From a virus (taxonomy: Duplodnaviria; Caudoviricetes): a stretch of DNA of 60,330 nt. The DNA is taken from positions 1 to 60,330 of IMG/VR virus record IMGVR_UViG_3300025120_000051; one strand, written 5' to 3'. This document shows positions 53,721-60,330 of this stretch, in pieces. Made by a program: the position numbers and the translations under genes. Each line of letters starts with the position of its first letter. Position 1 is the first letter of the stretch. The notes under the pieces were generated by a model. That model saw only the letters and a list, made by a program, of their open reading frames with translations. It was not told the DNA's origin and made no database searches.

Positions 53721-56132
53721 TTATCTAGGATCAAACTGTTCTAAACCAAAACCGTCTAGGTTATCAAAACCTTTAGATTCAAAATTCTTAGGACCAGTAT
53801 TTCCTTTTCTTTGTTCAATCAACTCGCTTTGTTGAGTTGCTTGCATTTTTGTTCTATCATCTTTACGATCTTCTTTTCCACTATCTTTATCTTTAATCAC
53901 CTGCAACTCTTGTTGTTTTAACTGCATGTTTAGATTAAATTCAAATTCCATCAACTCTTTTTTAATAGCTGCTTCTCTTTCCATTTTTGAAACATCAAAT
54001 TGGCTTTGAGCTTGTGCAACTTGTATTTTAGTTTGAGCAAGCGCCTGGTGCTTTTGCATGTCAGCAGCCGCGGCAGCCTCTGCTGATTTAGCATTAGACT
54101 GTGTTTGAGCCTCTATATTTTGAAGCTGTATAGATCTATCTTTTTCTTCTTTTTTACGTCTACGTATTTTTAAAAGCTGATTTGCTAGTTTTAAATTTTT
54201 AACTTCACGTATATCAATAGCGTCTTCTAAGTTTATTCTTTCTTTTTGAAGAGCCATTTGAATATTATTTTCTAATAAAGCTTTTTCTTCATCGTCAGGT
54301 TGTAACGTTAAGTGAATACCAAAATCGTGTAAGTGTAAATCACTAACTTCTGTTAAAGTAGCAACATTAAACTTACCTAGCGTGTTTAAAAATTGCTCCT
54401 TAGTATTAGAGTACTCTAAAACGTCTGATATTCTAAGAGAAATACATTCAGCTGTTTTAAGTGTTAAATATAAACCACCTTGTAGTATATGTCTTGTGGC
54501 TGTGTTTGAGTTAGCGGCAGCAAGTTTTTGAACACCAACTAGAGCGTTTTTATCAGGAAGAGCGCCATCTCTAGCTTCGTTTAAACCAGTCACATCACGA
54601 AGCATCTGCATGTAATAATTATAAGTTTGTATTAAACTAGCTATTTTTTGATTACCACCGCTAGATTTTAACTCTTGAATAGGTACTCTACCTTGATTAT
54701 AATCACCATCTTGAGTCATTGACCTTCCTATCACAGAACCAGTTTGAAAGTACATATTCAAAGCTTCTTGTGGATTATAATTTGTTCCATTGCCTAAATC
54801 TATTTCAGCTATTCCATCAGCATCCATGTATACACCATCTGGTACAACTCTTGATAAAACTTGTTGTAATTTTAAATGAGTTAACTGAATCATATCTGCA
54901 AAACTTGTCATTCTACCTACTAAAGACTCAGGTCTACCTTGATAAATTCTAGGAGCAACAATTTGGTACGACATGTGACACTTAGTGAGATCTGCTTTAG
55001 GTCTAGACATGTTTTCAGCTAGCTTCCAGTCTAGCATTTTTTCAAACCCAACTATTTTAGTTCCACAATATATAACTTCTATCGATCTAGCTAGTTTCTT
55101 AAACCTTGATCTATCATCTTTTGGAGGATTAAACGTATCGTCTTTTTGCAAGGCTTTGTCGTTACCACTAGCGCCTTGTTTAACTTTATAGACTTGATTT
55201 TTATAAGTCTTGTACTCAAAGTTTAATATATGAACAAAGTTATCGCCTGTTTTTTGCGCTTTGTAAAAATCACTTGAAGCATTATTATTTTCTATTTCAT
55301 TAATATCTTCGTCGGTTAAATCAGGAAATCTTTTCTTTAATTCAGATACAGACACTTTTTCAACCTCACCAACGTAGTATAAGTCGTCAAAATAAGGTGA
55401 ATCCGTGTAGGAGTGAACTATATCAACAGGGTCTACGTATTTAATATTAATACCATCAGATATATTAAAAAAGTTTTTAACACAACCAACACCTAGTACT
55501 GTTATATCATAATCAACTCTTTTCTTTAAAAGATCATAATCATTAATAGCAAAAACATTAGCTATAGCTTCTTCAGAAGCTATTTCAATACTCTGCTTAT
55601 AATCTAACTGCATGTGCAAAGAAAGCTCTTCATTTGTTTCAGGTAAAGCTCCTGATGGTATGTTTGATTTAAATAAAGAAACTTTGTTAGTAGCTTCAAC
55701 ATGGTTATAAAAATCTTTATTACCCATATCTTCAACGATATCCTCTATGTATCTAGTTCTTTCAGCGGCAGCTACAGAGTCTTGAGAGTAAGCCTTAAGC
55801 TCATATGTTCTGTCTTGTATACCATTCACAACAATATCTACAAATTTAGGTATAATAGGTACTGGCTTCCAGTCTAAATTAAGATAAGACAAATCACCGT
55901 TAATAGATAATTCATCTTTGTATTTTTGAACAGACTGTTCGCCTCTAGCGTATAATCTTAAATCGTTGTATCTTTTCTTAGAATGCAAATGTTTATTACC
56001 ACCTCCATCTTTTTGAAACCACTCATGCTCTATAGATCTTGCAACTTGCAAGCCATATTCTAAACCTTCCTTCTCAACGTCTGAGACAGAGTGACTAGGA
56101 AAGCTAGATTTTTTTTGTGTAGTTATTGCCAT
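53721..56132 (-). CDS. Portal protein
   Basis: 803 aa after terminase; PIIPKFVDIVVNG, VTGLNEARDG, Q/A-rich barrel-like C-terminus. Confidence 0.88.
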   Translation of the reverse strand: MAITTQKKSSFPSHSVSDVEKEGLEYGLQVARSIEHEWFQKDGGGNKHLHSKKRYNDLRLYARGEQSVQKYKDELSINGDLSYLNLDWKPVPIIPKFVDIVVNGIQDRTYELKAYSQDSVAAAERTRYIEDIVEDMGNKDFYNHVEATNKVSLFKSNIPSGALPETNEELSLHMQLDYKQSIEIASEEAIANVFAINDYDLLKKRVDYDITVLGVGCVKNFFNISDGINIKYVDPVDIVHSYTDSPYFDDLYYVGEVEKVSVSELKKRFPDLTDEDINEIENNNASSDFYKAQKTGDNFVHILNFEYKTYKNQVYKVKQGASGNDKALQKDDTFNPPKDDRSRFKKLARSIEVIYCGTKIVGFEKMLDWKLAENMSRPKADLTKCHMSYQIVAPRIYQGRPESLVGRMTSFADMIQLTHLKLQQVLSRVVPDGVYMDADGIAEIDLGNGTNYNPQEALNMYFQTGSVIGRSMTQDGDYNQGRVPIQELKSSGGNQKIASLIQTYNYYMQMLRDVTGLNEARDGALPDKNALVGVQKLAAANSNTATRHILQGGLYLTLKTAECISLRISDVLEYSNTKEQFLNTLGKFNVATLTEVSDLHLHDFGIHLTLQPDDEEKALLENNIQMALQKERINLEDAIDIREVKNLKLANQLLKIRRRKKEEKDRSIQLQNIEAQTQSNAKSAEAAAAADMQKHQALAQTKIQVAQAQSQFDVSKMEREAAIKKELMEFEFNLNMQLKQQELQVIKDKDSGKEDRKDDRTKMQATQQSELIEQRKGNTGPKNFESKGFDNLDGFGLEQFDPR

Positions 56133-58349
56133 TTATTTGTTTATTATTTTTGACGTTTCTCCTTTATTACTATACTTAGATAAACCAAAGGATATTTTTA
56201 TACTTTTTTTATCAGCAACAGGTTTATACAAGTTTCTATTACAAGCCATTATAGCAAGCCCAGAACTAATCGTTGCATCAAATTTTGTTCTATTATTTAT
56301 ATCAAAGCCAGACCAATCTGCTAGTGTTCTGTTAAAATACATGTCACCATAAGTGTTGTCTTCTTTTAAACCTACGTATTTTTGTATGTAAGTTTCTATA
56401 GCTGCGGCGTGTGCTTGCCTTATATCTTCACTAGAATTAGGTATTCCACCTATTTCCTTTTCAGCTGTTGATAATTTATTCCAAATTTTATCAGGTCTAT
56501 TCATACTAAAACCTCTGTAACCTCTTCTTTTAAAATAATATAGTAGTCTTGGTTTGTTGTTTTCACACAATAAAGGCATGCCATAAAAAACACAAGCCAT
56601 TAAAACATCTTCAAAAAACATTTCTGCCGTCTGTGGTCTAGCTACATATTCTAAGAAAAACTGGTTTGGTGGAACATTTTCCATACTAAACTTAGTTAAT
56701 CCATGTAAAGCTCCATTAGAACCCTTACCATCTACTGTTCCTGATATATCATAACTATCACATCCTAAAGCTCCAACATGCTCGTTTCCAGGATATTTTT
56801 TGCCATTGCGAGTGATTACGTTGTTTTGCATATTCCCATCTGGAATCCAGCTAACGTAAAACCTACCACTTGAATTAGGGTTAAAAACAACTCTAGTGTC
56901 TTTAATTCCATTAACCCACTGAAAACTACCCTGCGTAACTAAGTGTGACTTAGTAGTATCGTTTATATAATCTATTTGCTCGTATATTTTAACTAAATTA
57001 AATATACTATTTTTTGTCTCATCTCTAAAAGCATGATCTTCACTTCTAGGAAATTGTCTATAAAATTCATTTAAAGCGTCTTGATCGTTTTTTAAACCAT
57101 CAACTTCATTCTGCCAGTGATCTATTACACCTACATCTATTAACTCTCTGTCTGGTCCAAAGACATCATTGTTTGGATTATTAAATACTGGAAGTCCGTA
57201 CTCATCAATAAACCCTTCGTAGTTCCACTCCATTGGGACAAAAAGAGAATATAATCCAGACTTTGTTTGTCCATTTGCATTTCGTTTTGTAACATCTGAG
57301 CTATCATATAATTTCTTAAAATTATCTCCTCCTTTGTCTAAAGCATTTGATGTTGAACCCATCATACACTTACCTATAATCCTAGCACCTAGTCTAAGGG
57401 TGGTTTTCGTAACACGCCAGTTGTTGAGGATGTTGTTCGGGCGTTCCCATTTCCCACTCTCATCGTGGACGAGGAGTTTGAGTTTCTCCCCATCGTAGGA
57501 GTTATCACCGGTGTTCTTCCAATCGATCGTGGTGTCAAGACCCTGTAGGGCTTCGGGTTTGTCGGAACTGACAATACTCCGTCTTGTGAGCTTGGACGCG
57601 GGGACACGGAAGGCAAGCTCGGTCTTTGGACGGTCCATTCCGTCCTGGATAGGTTTGAAAAAGAATGGGTAATTAACGGATATCGGTACCACTTTATCTG
57701 TGAACATCTTTTTCGCATCGGGTCCAGACTTAGATAAAATACCATATCTGGAGTCGCTAGATATGGTTGCCAAGTTAACCACCTCTCCTGATGCCATAAA
57801 GGAAAAGCCTGATCGACGATTCTTAAGGTAGCACAGTCCGTACGATCGTACATCGGCCTTGCAAGCTTCCCAGAATATATAGAATAATCTATTTGCTTCC
57901 CGAAAGTCTGGTTTCCCGACGTCAATCTTAGACCACTGCAAGTACATATAGTGAGTGCCAGTAATATAAGTAGACTTACTTTTGTTAAAGTACCAAAAAC
58001 CTTCTTCTCTTTTTTTAAATTCATCTTCTATGTAGTCTATATATTTCTTTTTGAAGTTTTCAGGATAGCTTTTCCAGTCAAAAATAGTTTTAATTCTATC
58101 TAACTCTTTAGGGTATTCTGTTACTTCCCACTTATTTTCTTTAAACTTATGAACAAGTTTAGGTTGTTTTGGTAAAGCTATTTTAAGATTTTGAATATCG
58201 TATATCTCTCCAATTTCACCTGTTTTAGATATAACAACAACATCATGCTCTTTGTTATATCCATACTTCCATTTTTTAGACTTGTTAAGTCTTTTAATGG
58301 TGTTTATATTTATAGGTTCTACAACCTTATATAAGCTCTGCTCGTACAT
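56133..58349 (-). CDS. terL: Terminase large subunit
   Basis: LKNRRSGFS (Walker A), LLVHDESGKW (Walker B), GST, nuclease GCDSYD..ENN..FDATISS. Confidence 0.93.
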   Translation of the reverse strand: MYEQSLYKVVEPININTIKRLNKSKKWKYGYNKEHDVVVISKTGEIGEIYDIQNLKIALPKQPKLVHKFKENKWEVTEYPKELDRIKTIFDWKSYPENFKKKYIDYIEDEFKKREEGFWYFNKSKSTYITGTHYMYLQWSKIDVGKPDFREANRLFYIFWEACKADVRSYGLCYLKNRRSGFSFMASGEVVNLATISSDSRYGILSKSGPDAKKMFTDKVVPISVNYPFFFKPIQDGMDRPKTELAFRVPASKLTRRSIVSSDKPEALQGLDTTIDWKNTGDNSYDGEKLKLLVHDESGKWERPNNILNNWRVTKTTLRLGARIIGKCMMGSTSNALDKGGDNFKKLYDSSDVTKRNANGQTKSGLYSLFVPMEWNYEGFIDEYGLPVFNNPNNDVFGPDRELIDVGVIDHWQNEVDGLKNDQDALNEFYRQFPRSEDHAFRDETKNSIFNLVKIYEQIDYINDTTKSHLVTQGSFQWVNGIKDTRVVFNPNSSGRFYVSWIPDGNMQNNVITRNGKKYPGNEHVGALGCDSYDISGTVDGKGSNGALHGLTKFSMENVPPNQFFLEYVARPQTAEMFFEDVLMACVFYGMPLLCENNKPRLLYYFKRRGYRGFSMNRPDKIWNKLSTAEKEIGGIPNSSEDIRQAHAAAIETYIQKYVGLKEDNTYGDMYFNRTLADWSGFDINNRTKFDATISSGLAIMACNRNLYKPVADKKSIKISFGLSKYSNKGETSKIINK
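57389..58024 (-). CDS. Candidate overprinted gene inside terL (signal-peptide/lipoprotein-like)
   Basis: 211-codon alternative frame coinciding with a visibly GC-enriched patch; basic then hydrophobic N-terminus ending ICTCS; P/S/R/T-rich tail. Confidence 0.5.
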   Translation of the reverse strand: MNLKKEKKVFGTLTKVSLLILLALTICTCSGLRLTSGNQTFGKQIDYSIYSGKLARPMYDRTDCATLRIVDQAFPLWHQERWLTWQPYLATPDMVFYLSLDPMRKRCSQIKWYRYPLITHSFSNLSRTEWTVQRPSLPSVSPRPSSQDGVLSVPTNPKPYRVLTPRSIGRTPVITPTMGRNSNSSSTMRVGNGNARTTSSTTGVLRKPPLD

Positions 58350-58624
58350 TACTTAGATCTTTTCTCAGCAAAACCTGAAAAAGCTTTTTCTTCAACAACC
58401 TTACTAGTTGTACCATCTATCATGTCTTGCTCTTCCTGCAGCCTATTTAATATTTCAAAAGCATCAAATATAGCTAGCTTTTTAGTCGCAGCAGCATTCT
58501 TCAATCTATCTGCTGTTATATCATCACCTGAGTCAACTATCGCTTCTTTAGCTACCTTTATTAACTCTTCAACAGCTTTGTGCCCAGCTAGGATTATATT
58601 CTTTTTCGTTTCCTTTACGTTCAT
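58349..58624 (-). CDS. Probable terminase small subunit
   Basis: Helical 91-aa protein whose stop overlaps the terL start. Confidence 0.55.
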   Translation of the reverse strand: MNVKETKKNIILAGHKAVEELIKVAKEAIVDSGDDITADRLKNAAATKKLAIFDAFEILNRLQEEQDMIDGTTSKVVEEKAFSGFAEKRSK

Positions 58625-59159
58625 ATTTTATTTCTATTAAACTTGATTTAATTTTGTAAAGAAGCTCGCCATCAATAACAAACTCGTGCTCGATATTATT
58701 TCTAAAACCGACAAGTTCATTTTGTTTATAGCCAGCACTACAGTACTTAATAACGCCAACACACGCTTTTTCCGCAGCTATGCTATACACGTTATCACTT
58801 TGTATAGGTTTTATAAAAGAGTAACCATCAACAGCTTTCCATTTGTCAGTATTTTTATATAAAAATATACAATCTAAAGGACAATAAAATAAATCTTCTT
58901 GTATAAAAAACCTACTATTTTTTGCTTTTCCATTGTTATCATAAGAGCTTCTGAATATGTTATGATGTATAACAACTTCATCTCCTACTTTCATACTTGT
59001 GTTACAATGTCTAGGTAAAGCAACTATAATAGCTGTTCTATTTATACTTTTGTGATCTTCTATTCTAGTATTTATGATCAACTCTTCACTGCCTATTTTT
59101 TTAATATTACTATACCTGTTACCAACTGGTTTTATAATAAAATCAAATAACCCTTGCAT
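58569..59159 (-). CDS. GroES-like fold protein (two tandem units)
   Basis: IIKPV..IVALP..KVGDEVVIHHN, then FIKPI..GVIKY..LVGF..EFVIDGELLY. Confidence 0.55.
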   Translation of the reverse strand: MQGLFDFIIKPVGNRYSNIKKIGSEELIINTRIEDHKSINRTAIIVALPRHCNTSMKVGDEVVIHHNIFRSSYDNNGKAKNSRFFIQEDLFYCPLDCIFLYKNTDKWKAVDGYSFIKPIQSDNVYSIAAEKACVGVIKYCSAGYKQNELVGFRNNIEHEFVIDGELLYKIKSSLIEIKYERKGNEKEYNPSWAQSC

Positions 59160-59380
59160 TAGTACTCTAAATTATACTCAATTGCAATAGCCATATTTTT
59201 ATTAAAGTCTTTCCAAGGTATAACATTATTACCTTTTTCAATAAATATGCTAAACTTTTTATCTTCCTCAACTATAGCAGTGATGCTATGACCTCCGTAG
59301 ACCTCTTGGCCCACGGAGTAATGCATAGCTTCATTTTTATAATCTTTACCTATACTAATCTTTCTTATCAGCTTCGACAT
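59159..59380 (-). CDS. Small phage protein
   Basis: MSKLIRKISIGKDYKNEAMHYSVGQEV; ATG start chosen. Confidence 0.75.
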   Translation of the reverse strand: MSKLIRKISIGKDYKNEAMHYSVGQEVYGGHSITAIVEEDKKFSIFIEKGNNVIPWKDFNKNMAIAIEYNLEY

Positions 59381-59648
59381 CGTCTTCTTCAGGAATTTCA
59401 GTAATAGTACCATCTTGAATATTTATGCTAACCTTTCCGTATTCTTCTTGGAGTTGGTTTTGCATATCTACTAACTCTTTTTGAACTGCACCAAGTTGGT
59501 TAAGCATCTGGAATTTTTGATTTTCTAAGGTTCCAACTTGCAACCTAGCTCTATCAATTAACTGAAGCTTACCTTGTAAGGTTTCTAATTGTTCATCTGT
59601 GATTTTCTCAGCTTTTGGAGCTAAGTCTACTAATTTTTCTTTTGCCAT
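59355..59648 (-). CDS. Coiled-coil protein
   Basis: KITDEQL...LQEEYGKVSINIQDG. Confidence 0.7.
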   Translation of the reverse strand: MAKEKLVDLAPKAEKITDEQLETLQGKLQLIDRARLQVGTLENQKFQMLNQLGAVQKELVDMQNQLQEEYGKVSINIQDGTITEIPEEDDVEADKKD

Positions 59649-59676
59649 TTTTTTTATTTATTTAATTAAACTTAAT

Positions 59677-60006
59677 TTACGCCCAAGGTAATTCTTTAAC
59701 AACTTTAGCAGGTAGGGCTTGATCTGCTAATAGTTTGTTTACGACTGATTTATTAAAATCAACGTTTGTGCTATTTTTTATAAACACAACAACATCCGCT
59801 TCTGTTAAGTCAGCGTATGCTTTAAAGTTTTCCGCATCTGGATCACCTAATTCTATTTGAAAAGTATAATTTGCTGTTTTTTTATCGTCACCAGTTCCTT
59901 CACTAGCTTCGTATTTAAAAGTAACATTACAAACTACATCAGCTAAGTCATTATAGCTTTCGTAAGTTGTTACATTTAGTATTGTGTATGTATATGTTAT
60001 TGCCAT
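59677..60006 (-). CDS. Tail-fibre-associated small protein
   Basis: MAITYTY..FKAYADLTEADVV..LPW pattern. Confidence 0.55.
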   Translation of the reverse strand: MAITYTYTILNVTTYESYNDLADVVCNVTFKYEASEGTGDDKKTANYTFQIELGDPDAENFKAYADLTEADVVVFIKNSTNVDFNKSVVNKLLADQALPAKVVKELPWA

Positions 60007-60011
60007 GTTTA

Positions 60012-60039
60012 TATTATTACGTTATTTTCTTGTTTTTTA
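60012..60039 (-). promoter_or_regulatory. Putative middle/late promoter TAAA-N15-GTAATAATA
   Basis: Intergenic, upstream of the packaging/head operon. Confidence 0.65.
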
Positions 60040-60061
60040 ACTACCTAATGTCAGTATATCA

Positions 60062-60330
60062 CTAAGTACACAGTGTTCTTGTTAAAACTGAACCACTACT
60101 AGTTGTTATATTATAATAAGAGTTAACAAATGGACCTACTTTATATTGACCATCTGCTACAGTATTTTCCCCGTCGCTGTCAGAGTAAGCTGTATCACCT
60201 ACTGCTATTAAAGCGCTAGAACCATCATGATAATTAGTATTAGGTAGATTTGTACCATATCCACAAGCTGCTTTACTTTGTGTTGGTGAAGCACCAAACG
60301 AGTATAAGCTAGCCGCGGCGGAAGCGTCGT
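60062..60330 (-). CDS. 3' end of a structural protein (start outside window)
   Basis: Open frame ...KAACGYGTNLPNTNYHDG...YNITTSSGSVLTRTLCT ending at TAG 60062. Confidence 0.65.
   Translation of the reverse strand, partial: DASAAASLYSFGASPTQSKAACGYGTNLPNTNYHDGSSALIAVGDTAYSDSDGENTVADGQYKVGPFVNSYYNITTSSGSVLTRTLCT

Noticed and set aside
1-60330. Stop-codon reassignment, diversity-generating retroelement, integrase, introns or inteins
   Set aside because: Genes are full length in the standard code with TAA, TAG and TGA all used as stops; no reverse transcriptase, recombinase or intein motifs noticed; terL, nrdA and helicase are uninterrupted.

Overview
This window is most of the genome of an AT-rich, lytic, podovirus-type tailed phage. 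It most likely infects Bacteroidota (flavobacteria), inferred from A-rich, Shine-Dalgarno-free translation starts and the gene content. Both window ends fall inside minus-strand structural genes. Layout: (1) 1-5.8 kb, minus strand: tail-fibre-type genes, holin, groES/groEL. (2) 5.8-6.3 kb: non-coding strand switch. (3) 6.1-13.8 kb, plus strand: early region of small ORFs, DNA ligase, a tRNA-fMet and several tRNA-like RNAs. (4) 13.9-24.3 kb, plus strand: HTH protein, sigma factor, ERF/exonuclease, SSB, primase-helicase, thymidylate-synthase-family enzyme, MazG, nrdB/nrdA; no DNA polymerase is recognisable. (5) 24.4-60.3 kb, minus strand: tail fibre, M15 endolysin, an envelope-protein trio, a giant internal virion protein, tail, capsid, scaffold, portal, terminase. 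Main observations: an 86-nt miniature tmRNA-like RNA with two further tRNA mimics; two related phage-specific promoter classes (7 and 4 copies), with a sigma-region-2-like segment inside the giant virion protein that could serve the early class; apparently leaderless early mRNAs; a 45-bp site present twice in inverted orientation around the early region; a dCMP-type thymidylate synthase homologue; a beta-barrel/coiled-coil/thioredoxin-fold operon; and a probable overprinted gene inside terL. All calls come from reading motifs by eye; no searches were run.
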